Assembly (NCBI GenBank): GCA_049521795.1
Contig: JBEKOM010000014.1
Span: 1-21,449, forward strand
Reading direction: 5' to 3'
DNA from: Candidatus Bathyarchaeia archaeon
GTDB taxonomy: Archaea; Thermoproteota; Bathyarchaeia; Bathyarchaeales; Bathycorpusculaceae
DNA: 21,449 bases
This document shows positions 9,276-16,930 of this stretch, piece by piece. The stretch's first letter is position 1; every line of letters starts with the position of its first letter. A program made the position numbers and the translations under genes. The notes beneath the pieces were generated by a model. That model ran no database searches. It worked only from the letters and a program-made list of their open reading frames with translations, and was not told the DNA's origin.

Positions 9276-9809
9276 ATGGCTGCTCAAATTCCCGTTGAAA
9301 TCAGAAAAATAACGGACCCAAACGGAAGTTCAAGGATAGGCGTAGTAACATACCTTGGTGAGGTTATGTCTACGCCCGACATAAGAGAACGTCTTTCCAG
9401 TGTGGAAGACAAGTACAGGTCACTGCTTGAACAATGTAATCAAATCCTTGCCGTCATCAAGACACCTAAGGGTCGCTCTGACGCTAGGTTGAGATGGAAA
9501 TTGGCGGAGAAAATTCACACCTTCCTTGATTCCCAAATGAAAGAAATCGGAGTTGTTCTTGTCAACTACACTGAAGCAATTCATAGAGATCTTGGCGTAT
9601 CTGAATCCGAACTCAGGTACATCTTCAGATTTCATAGCAGGTATAAGAGTCTAAAAGAAGTGGATCCTCAGATCAACTGGTCAAAATACCGTGAATTGAT
9701 GGACTTCTCTAATCATGAAGCGAGGAAACGTTGCGAAGCGCTGATAAAAGAGGGACGGATTACCTCTGACGCCGAGATCAGAGAGTTCAAGCGAAAAGAA
9801 AAGACATGA
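9276..9809 (+). CDS. DUF1016 N-terminal (YhcG_N)-like helical protein
   Basis: RWKLAEKI...AIHRDLGVSESELRYIFRFHSRY...INWSKYRELM resembles the DUF1016_N pattern; 11 bp after the GHKL stop. Confidence 0.6.
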   Translation: MAAQIPVEIRKITDPNGSSRIGVVTYLGEVMSTPDIRERLSSVEDKYRSLLEQCNQILAVIKTPKGRSDARLRWKLAEKIHTFLDSQMKEIGVVLVNYTEAIHRDLGVSESELRYIFRFHSRYKSLKEVDPQINWSKYRELMDFSNHEARKRCEALIKEGRITSDAEIREFKRKEKT

Positions 9810-9821
9810 AACTCTTCCCAG

Positions 9822-9835
9822 AAGCGCGCGCGCTT
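9822..9835. repeat. GC junction palindrome
   Basis: AAGCGCGCGCGCTT, 12 bp after the stop at 9809. Confidence 0.85.
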
Positions 9836-9913
9836 TGAAGTTTTTTCAATGATGCCTGGGTGGAGTCGCACAGTTGGTCCATGGCTCCCTCGACTGGCTC
9901 GTTCAACGTAGCC

Positions 9914-9923
9914 AGCGCGCGTT
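9914..9923. repeat. GC junction palindrome (variant)
   Basis: AGCGCGCGTT. Confidence 0.75.
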
Positions 9924-10087
9924 TATCTTTCTTGTAGAAGAGAAATAAACTGACAAACGATGAGAACCTAACTCGACCGCTCAACAATCGGGCAACAGTG
10001 TGCGCTCAGATCATTTTCTCAGAGAATAGTGGGACCTGCTACCAACTGATTTTATATTGCTGCCTGTATCAGTATTAATCGAGAGAA

Positions 10088-10999
10088 ATGGTTCAAGCGA
10101 CGGATTCAAAAAAATTAACTATGAACTACCTGAAAACATGCGATTGTCCACCGAATCACATCAGCTGCATCACTGCAAAAGAATGGGTTAAGAGCCAAGT
10201 CATTATCCAAGAATTTCCAATTACAGAGGATGAAATCAAAGAGTTCTACTACGAAAGCAGGGACATTCGAGACAAAGATGTCCATCCGGCCGTGTTTCCC
10301 ATAGCTTTACCCGCACACTTCATTAAGACCCTGACTCACAAGGGAGAACTGGTCCTGGACCCTTTCGTCGGCATTGGCACAACTCTAATGGCAGCACAGG
10401 ATTTGGGCAGAAATGCTGTAGGATTTGACCTAAAGAAAGAATATATTGAGTACAGCAAGAAGAGGCTAGCGCAAAAAAGGATAGTGGATGATGGCACACA
10501 ACAGATTGCCATACTTGACGACGCGCACAACATTCCTCAATACTTAGAAAAGAATACGGTTTCTCTGTGTATCACCTCGCCTCCTTATGCAAACATGCTC
10601 GCCCACCAGCGCCTGAACAAGAGCATCAGGGGAGACCTGAGGAAGAACAGCCACTATCTGAAAGTTCAGCAGTATTCTAGCGACCAGCGAGACCTTGGCA
10701 CGATGAACCACGAACAGTATGGTAAAGCTCTTGAAGAAATCTATTCAGGAATTTTTCATCTGATGAAGACAAAAGCTCACTGCGTCATAAACGTCAATGA
10801 TGTATGGGAGAATAATAAGCGCATTCCAACCCATATCTACGTCATAGAAGCTTTACAAAAGGCAGGTTTTGAATTCAGGAACACCTTTGTCTGGGACAAA
10901 CGTAACCTAGTGAACAAAGTTGGAATTTTTGGTTGGCCGAGCAACTTTATATCTTTAGGTGCCACGATGGAATTCATATTGGATTTCTGGCGGCCCTAG
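10088..10999 (+). CDS. DNA N4-cytosine methyltransferase (N6_N4_Mtase family, permuted motif order)
   Basis: HPAVFP, LVLDPFVGIGTT (motif I) and ITSPPY (motif IV); convergent with the REase, stops overlap on CTAG at 10996-10999. Confidence 0.9.
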   Translation: MVQATDSKKLTMNYLKTCDCPPNHISCITAKEWVKSQVIIQEFPITEDEIKEFYYESRDIRDKDVHPAVFPIALPAHFIKTLTHKGELVLDPFVGIGTTLMAAQDLGRNAVGFDLKKEYIEYSKKRLAQKRIVDDGTQQIAILDDAHNIPQYLEKNTVSLCITSPPYANMLAHQRLNKSIRGDLRKNSHYLKVQQYSSDQRDLGTMNHEQYGKALEEIYSGIFHLMKTKAHCVINVNDVWENNKRIPTHIYVIEALQKAGFEFRNTFVWDKRNLVNKVGIFGWPSNFISLGATMEFILDFWRP

Positions 11000-11742
11000 A
11001 TTATCTTCGCGATGTTGTTAAAACATTCGGGTAAATATCTAGGCAAAATCCTGAACCCAGTTCCATGGTCATGAAGGCGCCCATCAGGATAGTGGCCGAT
11101 TCTTATATCCACTTTCAACCTGCCTTTCGCTACAAGTTCTGAGAATCTTTCGAAGCTAAAACCGTCTAGAAGCAAGGCCTCATTGAACCAGAAATGTTCC
11201 TTGCCACTCTCTGTTTTGTGATCTGCCAACACATAGACGAGTTTGTGATACTTCCTCTCAAAGGACTCTCTTAAAGTGTCATTGTCCCAATATGCCTCAA
11301 TGCCTCTGCCGTTTTCAATGAATAACTTGCTTTCTCTAACTCCCAGTTTCAACCCAACGCTGTTAGGCTTCAGCGCATCAACTGTCACATGGAGTTCCTT
11401 ATCCCGAACAGGGACCTTTGATATGTCGAGTTCTTTGCCAAAGGAAAGTTGCTTGTAATCTAGTGGCACTTTTCTCTGGGGGTAACCGAACACTTCCAAG
11501 AGTCTTCTGTTTGCGCTTTCAGGCAAGGGAGCCTTCGTAAATAACGTTAGCATAGAAACAGATTCCTTCCTTCCTGCTTTCAACTCATAAGCGGCGAAGT
11601 CTGGCCCGGCAATATTGTTCTCTGTGATGTCCAATAGGTCCTCGAGAGTCTTGCCGATTCCTGTGTCGCCTTTGCGGTGAGTTTGAACGTAACCCATCTC
11701 TTTTATTTGCGCAATTTTGCGTTGAAACTCAGGGTATTCCAT
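10996..11742 (-). CDS. MvaI/BcnI-family type II restriction endonuclease
   Basis: RKGDTGIGKTLEDLLDITENN..GPDF..YELKA, LTLFTKAP and HDHGTGFRI family signatures. Confidence 0.9.
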   Translation of the reverse strand: MEYPEFQRKIAQIKEMGYVQTHRKGDTGIGKTLEDLLDITENNIAGPDFAAYELKAGRKESVSMLTLFTKAPLPESANRRLLEVFGYPQRKVPLDYKQLSFGKELDISKVPVRDKELHVTVDALKPNSVGLKLGVRESKLFIENGRGIEAYWDNDTLRESFERKYHKLVYVLADHKTESGKEHFWFNEALLLDGFSFERFSELVAKGRLKVDIRIGHYPDGRLHDHGTGFRILPRYLPECFNNIAKII

Positions 11743-11850
11743 ACGTTCTGTTTGTCAGGACGAGCTATAATTGCTTTGCCTAAGCCCCATGAGCACTCTT
11801 CGGGAGTTCTAGTACCACAAGAGACTTATCTGATGAAGATATCTGAAAGA

Positions 11851-12144
11851 ATGACGCGCCTAGATATAGTTGAAGGCCCTGTGTTGTCGCCTCGAAACAC
11901 TAGATATCAAGTTCCAGAATACATTGCTGATGCCATAAGAAGCAAACGCAAGAAAATGTTGTACGGGCCACATTCCTGTCCGAAGTGCGGGTTGGAAAAA
12001 TTGCGGATCGAAGTGGATAGAAAAAACAAGCAAGTCATGGCAGTGTGCAGCTGTGGCCTTGAATGTCGGCTGAATTATGTCCCAGCTTTTGAAGGGGTAG
12101 ACTATTACAACAGATTCGCAGACGAGTTTAAGAAACAAAAATAG
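11851..12144 (+). CDS. Elf1-like zinc-ribbon protein (transcription elongation factor 1 homolog)
   Basis: Basic patch RSKRKK, CPKC...CSC ribbon and C-terminal 'PAFEGVDYYNRFADEF' resemble archaeal Elf1. Start at ATG 11851 (or 11833); the track start 11677 overlaps the REase. Confidence 0.65.
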   Translation: MTRLDIVEGPVLSPRNTRYQVPEYIADAIRSKRKKMLYGPHSCPKCGLEKLRIEVDRKNKQVMAVCSCGLECRLNYVPAFEGVDYYNRFADEFKKQK

Positions 12145-12165
12145 TCCGTGCCAACCTCAATTCTC

Positions 12166-12177
12166 TAGCGCGCGCTA
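12166..12177. repeat. GC junction palindrome
   Basis: TAGCGCGCGCTA, 21 bp after the stop at 12144. Confidence 0.85.
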
Positions 12178-12331
12178 AGAGGATCTCCTAGCATATATGT
12201 ATAACCAAACTGTCCCCGGCTAGAACTCTGACTCTCCTATATTTTGTCCTGTATGTTGAAAATGGGCCTCAAACAAAGCAGAGTTTGTCGACATTAAAAA
12301 CTTCGAAGCTCCATTTTCACAAAACGCAAGT

Positions 12332-12343
12332 AGTGCGCGCACT
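12332..12343. repeat. GC junction palindrome (variant)
   Basis: AGTGCGCGCACT, a perfect 12-bp palindrome. Confidence 0.75.
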
Positions 12344-12583
12344 GGTGTGTTGTTCATAACACGACCACTAGTGCAGATATCTCCCGAAGTAGCCCTCTCC
12401 AAAGAGTGACTTCTACGGGGTGACGATGGCGAGTCGAGTTTGAAAGCATTAACGAACTAACTTCAATGACACCATCCTGCCGTTCTCAGTTTTCTACGCT
12501 CGTGCTAAGTCACGAATGAGCCTCGAATCTTGGTGAATAGATTTAAATCAAGTTCTATCAGTTTACTATTGCGAGGTCAGATT

Positions 12584-13495
12584 TTGAAGATAGTGTCGTT
12601 TATCAATTACAAGGGTGGTGTCGGAAAATCCACGACAGCCTACCACATAGGATGCGCCTTGGCATTAGACCACGGAATGAAGGTGCTTATGGTAGACGTA
12701 GATCCACAAACAAATCTGTCATTCCTATGCGCTGTGCCTGAACGCTGGCAAGAGTTCAAGAACGCTCATGGCACGTTGGCTTCATTATATCAAGCATATT
12801 TGAACGATCAATCATTTAATGGCGAAAGTGTTTTGTGGAAGGAACCCATTGAAAAGGCAGGTGCTAAAGTTGTTCATGGCTTGGACCTAATCCCATCTGA
12901 TGTCGAATTGCTGGGAATAGATCTAGATTTAATGCTCAAGACGGCGTCTTCTAACGACCTCTCCGTGGTAGCCAGCCATTATGTGAAGCAACGGACTATT
13001 TTGCGAAATAGCCTTGAACCTTTTCAGGAAAACTATGATTACATCTTGATCGATTGTCCGCCGAACTTGTATCTCGTAACACAAAACGCTTTGGCAGCGA
13101 GTGATTGCTACGTTGTTACTGCCGTACCTGACCATCTTTCCACCATAGGCCTCAGCATTCTGGAAGCAAGAGTCAATGACAACAACAGGAAATTGGGGTA
13201 TGCGGGCGGAATCATCCGAGAAGAATTGACGAAATCAGAACTTGGAGGAATAATCTTCGTGAAAGTGAGACTTGGAGGCACTGCAATAACAAATGTTCAC
13301 GCAAGAAAAATGGCTGAGGTCTCGGGCAGATATGTCAACAAGACCTTCGAACATTATACCACTGAAGGCATAGGATATAGTGAAGCGGCAGAAAGTGCTT
13401 TGCCCGTTTTCCTTATGGACGGGGCTAATGCCCGAAGAGTCGCCGATCAGTATCGAGAAATCACAGCAGAATTCCTCAAGAGGATACCAGCATGA
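12584..13495 (+). CDS. ParA/Soj-family ATPase
   Basis: Deviant Walker A KGGVGKST, VDVDPQTNLS and YDYILIDCPP. Start moved to TTG 12584 after GAGGT; TTTAAA at 12542-12547. Confidence 0.92.
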   Translation: MKIVSFINYKGGVGKSTTAYHIGCALALDHGMKVLMVDVDPQTNLSFLCAVPERWQEFKNAHGTLASLYQAYLNDQSFNGESVLWKEPIEKAGAKVVHGLDLIPSDVELLGIDLDLMLKTASSNDLSVVASHYVKQRTILRNSLEPFQENYDYILIDCPPNLYLVTQNALAASDCYVVTAVPDHLSTIGLSILEARVNDNNRKLGYAGGIIREELTKSELGGIIFVKVRLGGTAITNVHARKMAEVSGRYVNKTFEHYTTEGIGYSEAAESALPVFLMDGANARRVADQYREITAEFLKRIPA

Positions 13496-14034
13496 AAAAG
13501 CCGACGGAGAAGATAGAACATTCAATTTTGGATTTCCTTGATCAGACAATCGATAGATTTCCCACTGACGCTGAACGCGAGAAAATGATTAAGAGTCTTG
13601 ATGTTATTATCGCGTATTTTAGAGATCTTCAAGAACATGTAGAATCCTTGCCACCCGACCACAAGCAGAAGGAAGTCCTTTCCGCAGTTAACATCATTCG
13701 AGATTTCCTGCAATCAGCAGAAGAAAACCCATCACTGGCAGCTGCGCTCGGTCTTCACTTCGAAAAGTCAATGGCAAGCAGGAAGCCAAGAAGACAGATC
13801 TCTCAGGCTGAAGGCGAGAAAATCTTCAATGAACTTAAACAACTCACGACAGAGCAGATTCAGCAGAGGCTTCTTGATTTCAAAGGCACGTCAATGGGTG
13901 AACTGCAGGGGTTGGCAACGTATCTGGGCATCAAAGAAGCAGAGAAGATTAGTAGACAAACTCTAGTTGACAAGATCGTGAAAATCGGTTTCGCAAACGT
14001 AAGAGGTTATGAGATATTGCGATCAAAAGAATAG
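13492..14034 (+). CDS. Hypothetical protein coupled to ParA, with possible C-terminal HeH/Rho_N-like motif
   Basis: ATGA overlap with the ParA stop; helical; C-terminus SMGELQGLATYLGIKEAEKISRQTLVDKI. Confidence 0.75.
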   Translation: MKKPTEKIEHSILDFLDQTIDRFPTDAEREKMIKSLDVIIAYFRDLQEHVESLPPDHKQKEVLSAVNIIRDFLQSAEENPSLAAALGLHFEKSMASRKPRRQISQAEGEKIFNELKQLTTEQIQQRLLDFKGTSMGELQGLATYLGIKEAEKISRQTLVDKIVKIGFANVRGYEILRSKE

Positions 14035-14056
14035 ACCAATGGCGAATGAACATTTT

Positions 14057-14066
14057 AACGCGCGCC
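14057..14066. repeat. GC junction palindrome (variant)
   Basis: AACGCGCGCC, 22 bp after the stop at 14034. Confidence 0.75.
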
Positions 14067-14102
14067 CTCTATCGTCCCCATCCACATGGATAGTTTAAGC
14101 TT

Positions 14103-14113
14103 TGCGCGCGCTA
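14103..14113. repeat. GC junction palindrome
   Basis: TGCGCGCGCTA, overlaps the TAG stop of 14111..14746. Confidence 0.85.
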
Positions 14114-14746
14114 TGACTCTTGCTTTAGGTCGTCAAGGGTTCTTGCTGAAAGAAATGATCTGAGACTGACATACCATCGACCTTGAATGCCTTTGATCCT
14201 TTGACCACTTTTGATGGGGTGTCCTAGCTTGGTCTTCCATTCGAAGTCAAAACTAAACTTACCGTCATTTCGGGTTTCTGTCCTCTTGTCGTCTATCTTA
14301 GCAAAACGGTCAATAGCCATCACAGGTTTCTTCACGTAGAGTGCCACGTATTCAGGGAACCTTGATTCGTCAACAGTAATCCATCTCCAACGATTATTCT
14401 TCCAAAAAGTCTCTTCGGCCCATTTTGGTTCGGAACTTGCCACAATGACAACTTCAGAGGGTCTGTAGTCGAGAGCTACTACCGGAATTCCGTGAATTCT
14501 ATCAACGGACGATACTGCACAGATAATAAGATCAACTTTGGTTTCATCATGGGCGTGCTGCAGAAAACTCTGGGCATCGAGTTCTGCCTCAACATTTTTC
14601 ACAGATCCATCTTTCATAATGCATACGTAGTCAGGCGTGACCTCTTGACTCAATTTGATCATTTGAACACCGAATTTGTCCAAGTTCTTCTCAAAGTATT
14701 TCCTAAATTGCGCCTCGCTCTTGAATTCAAGGATTTTCTTCTTCAC
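14111..14746 (-). CDS. PD-(D/E)XK-like nuclease domain plus putative PUA/EVE-like domain
   Basis: SEAQFRKYF...PDYV...VEAE...FLQHAHD...DLIIC in the N-half; YVALYVKKPVMAIDRFAKI in the C-half. Confidence 0.6.
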   Translation of the reverse strand: MKKKILEFKSEAQFRKYFEKNLDKFGVQMIKLSQEVTPDYVCIMKDGSVKNVEAELDAQSFLQHAHDETKVDLIICAVSSVDRIHGIPVVALDYRPSEVVIVASSEPKWAEETFWKNNRWRWITVDESRFPEYVALYVKKPVMAIDRFAKIDDKRTETRNDGKFSFDFEWKTKLGHPIKSGQRIKGIQGRWYVSLRSFLSARTLDDLKQES

Positions 14747-14855
14747 CGGATTGCCCCCATTTACCTCTTGGATTGAACTATGAGTTCACATCTTCATATA
14801 ATTATAACTTTCTAATTTCTAACTTTCCAAAAGAAAGAAAAAGAGAGATTTGTAG

Positions 14856-14865
14856 AGCGCGCGCT
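14856..14865. repeat. GC junction palindrome
   Basis: AGCGCGCGCT, 1 bp from the remnant's stop at 14867. Confidence 0.85.
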
Positions 14866-14866
14866 T

Positions 14867-15012
14867 TCAATTTTTTCTGCAAACAATGAGTATCTTTCTG
14901 CCTTCTTCTCTCAGATCGGCTTCAACGATCTCAAAATGCTCAGAAAGAGCGTTTTTCATCTTTGCAACCGGGTATATTGTTTCTTTAAACCTGTACTTGT
15001 GAAGCTGATAGC
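14867..15012 (-). pseudogene. 3' gene remnant, resembles the C-terminus of a class I SAM methyltransferase
   Basis: LHKYRFKETIYPVAKMKNALSEHFEIVEADLREEGRKILIVCRKN*; no start of its own; bounded by GCGCGC palindromes at both ends. Confidence 0.55.
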
Positions 15013-15021
15013 AGCGCGCTA
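15013..15021. repeat. GC junction palindrome (short)
   Basis: AGCGCGCTA, overlaps the TAG stop of 15019..15390. Confidence 0.8.
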
Positions 15022-15390
15022 CACTGTGCCAATCTTTGAAATCTCGATTATTGTTGACTTTGAGAACCAATCGTTAATCGTGTCTTCGTCTGCCTTGCCA
15101 TGATACTTAAAGTAGAGAGCATGTTTTCCCAATTCAAAAATCTCCCCACTTTCATCGATTCGAGCGTTGCCCCTAAACTGGATCTTTCCGATCTTGAACT
15201 GGACTCGATTGTCCTCAAGAATGTTTTTCATCCAGTCAGTGTACGCACCTTCATGGCTAAGATAAATTTCCTTTCCAGCTATTGCAAACCATAATTCAAC
15301 TGTGTGTGGATTTCCAGTCTTCCTACCTCTAGTCGTTAAATAGATGTACTTCTCGTCGGCGACTTTGCTAGGATCCATGTGACTCAACAC
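15019..15390 (-). CDS. Deazaflavin (F420)-dependent nitroreductase family protein (DDN/DUF385, split beta-barrel)
   Basis: YLTTRGRKTGNPHTVELWF...DWMKNILEDNRV. Confidence 0.85.
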   Translation of the reverse strand: MLSHMDPSKVADEKYIYLTTRGRKTGNPHTVELWFAIAGKEIYLSHEGAYTDWMKNILEDNRVQFKIGKIQFRGNARIDESGEIFELGKHALYFKYHGKADEDTINDWFSKSTIIEISKIGTV

Positions 15391-15636
15391 CCACTCCCGT
15401 AAAGTTGTTTAGATTGGTCACATTACCTTTACGCTCGATTCAGCCCTTTTTCAACAGTGAAGAAAACACTAAGGAGATATCTCGACTTTTCTCTTCTCTC
15501 GCCTTTCTTGAGAGAACCAAACATATAACACGAAACTTCCCTCAAATCCGCCCGGACTTTCTAATTTCTTATATGATAATCATAAATAAGAATTTTTCAA
15601 AAGATAGTGGAATTACGGAAACCAGATCGAGACATA

Positions 15637-15646
15637 AGCGCGCGCA
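15637..15646. repeat. GC junction palindrome
   Basis: AGCGCGCGCA. Confidence 0.85.
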
Positions 15647-15738
15647 TTGTGCTACACCTGTCAATAGGGCTTAGTAATTCTGTATCGTTACTCATTGTTT
15701 CTTTTCCTCTTCTTTTTTGAGATAGTAAGTGAAGAGCT

Positions 15739-15750
15739 TAGCGCGCGCTT
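15739..15750. repeat. GC junction palindrome
   Basis: TAGCGCGCGCTT. Confidence 0.85.
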
Positions 15751-15840
15751 GCATTGGCTTAGAGGTCGTCACAGTCACGTTTTTAAATGTAGAAGAGAGG
15801 AAAGAGTTAAGCATGAAATGAAGAATCTGGAGGTGGAACA

Positions 15841-16143
15841 ATCGAGAAAATACAAGACCCATTGAAGGTTGGCAAGAACGCCTACAAACTTGTAATGGAA
15901 AACGACCGTGTGCGCGTACTTGACCTCTTCCTTAAACCAGGCGACAAGGTGGCTATGCATTACCATCCCGACCATGTGATCTACGTTCTCAACGGTGGCA
16001 AGGCAAAACTGACGTCCTCAGGAAAAACAGAGGTTATGGACATGAAAAGTGGCCAAGCAATCTTCCTCAAAAGCCTGTCCCATGACGCTGAGAACACAGG
16101 AAAAACAGATTTACATCTTTTAGTTACCGAACTTAAGAAATAG
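15841..16143 (+). CDS. Cupin-domain protein
   Basis: ENDRVRVL...LKPG...MHYHPDHVIYVLNGG...HDAENTG. The frame extends to ATC 15841 (IEKIQDPLKV) just after GGAGGTG; the track start is TTG 15862. Confidence 0.85.
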   Translation: MEKIQDPLKVGKNAYKLVMENDRVRVLDLFLKPGDKVAMHYHPDHVIYVLNGGKAKLTSSGKTEVMDMKSGQAIFLKSLSHDAENTGKTDLHLLVTELKK

Positions 16144-16144
16144 G

Positions 16145-16190
16145 GTGCGTCGCGCAATATCCCTTTCGGACGCACTAACTTTCCTATTTT
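16145..16190 (+). terminator. Possible stem-loop plus T-rich tract after the cupin stop
   Basis: GTGCGTC 16145-16151 pairs with GACGCAC 16169-16175, followed by TAACTTTCCTATTTT. Confidence 0.3.
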
Positions 16191-16237
16191 TAGCGTGCCC
16201 TTGCCGAATCCTGAATCTGTCTCGACCACAAATGACT

Positions 16238-16248
16238 TCGCGCGCGCT
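16238..16248. repeat. GC junction palindrome
   Basis: TCGCGCGCGCT. Confidence 0.85.
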
Positions 16249-16360
16249 GTACGATCGCTCTCTTCTAAAATGCCCAAACTGCGTAGCGAAAAACAAGTAG
16301 GCCGTGCATTTGAGTGGAAGGAAGGAATAAAACTTTACCCCCAAAACCTGAAACTCTTTT

Positions 16361-16807
16361 TCATCGACTATGGCTGGTTCTGATAAAGTTTTCGACATTG
16401 AAACCTTTTGACTTTACAAATTCTATCAATTCGGAAAATAGATTGTCATCCATTTGCGGGGTTCTGCTAAGTATCCAAAGGTACTTTCGGTTTGGTGTGC
16501 CTACAACCGCATAGTCATAGTCCTTCCCCAGCTTTATGATCCAATAATCACCATAGAACGGGCGGAAGAATGTTACTTTGAGTTTCGCTCCAGAGCTCTT
16601 TTCAACCACTTTTGCCTTGCCCTTTGCCTTCTTAACCTTGCCATTTCTTATGCACTCGTTGAGGACAGATATACTGCCATCTTTGGACAAAGTGTAAGTT
16701 GCTGTCGTGTCAGAACAACCTTCTTGAAATCGAGCAGGAAGATGTGCAATCTCGTACCATTTGCCCAAGTATTTTTCTAGTTCAACATGCGGCACGACTT
16801 CAAGCAT
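16361..16807 (-). CDS. blc: Lipocalin (Blc-like), no signal peptide
   Basis: VELEKYLGKWYEIA, YWII.LG.DYDYAVVG and YLWILSRTP. Confidence 0.9.
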   Translation of the reverse strand: MLEVVPHVELEKYLGKWYEIAHLPARFQEGCSDTTATYTLSKDGSISVLNECIRNGKVKKAKGKAKVVEKSSGAKLKVTFFRPFYGDYWIIKLGKDYDYAVVGTPNRKYLWILSRTPQMDDNLFSELIEFVKSKGFNVENFIRTSHSR

Positions 16808-16875
16808 GCTGCATTCCCTCTTGCGTCAAATAGGTCACTTAGCATTGAAGCAGACCCTTAATGAATAATTTTCGG

Positions 16876-16887
16876 TAGCGCGCGCTT
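16876..16887. repeat. GC junction palindrome
   Basis: TAGCGCGCGCTT, with imperfect outer arms ATAATTTTC / GAAATTAT. Confidence 0.85.
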
Positions 16888-16930
16888 CAAGAAATTATAT
16901 ATTCAGGCACCTCAAACGGAATATTGGTCG

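Noticed and set aside
9787-9987. ORF 9787..9987 (-) and a possible wHTH fragment (GYVERASRG) in the 9836-9913 spacer
   Set aside because: The ORF crosses two palindromes and overlaps a real gene; the fragment resemblance is too short to support.
10088-11742. Local RM system recognising GCGCGC (BssHII-like) as the cause of the motif
   Set aside because: MvaI/BcnI enzymes target CCWGG/CCSGG-type sites, and RM systems tend to deplete rather than enrich their sites.
11677-11850. N-terminal extension of the Elf1-like ORF given in the track
   Set aside because: Overlaps the REase start and the divergent promoter region; the family resemblance lies downstream.
12220-12402. ORF 12220..12402 (-)
   Set aside because: Spans the palindrome and hairpins, TTG start, no motif.
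12584-14034. Integrated plasmid or provirus implied by ParA
   Set aside because: No integrase, Rep/primase, capsid genes, tRNA or att duplication in the window.
15405-15674. ORF 15405..15674 (+), and 15981..16514 overlapping ORFs
   Set aside because: They lie in promoter or AT-rich intergenic DNA or overlap the cupin and lipocalin genes, cross the palindromes and have no motifs.
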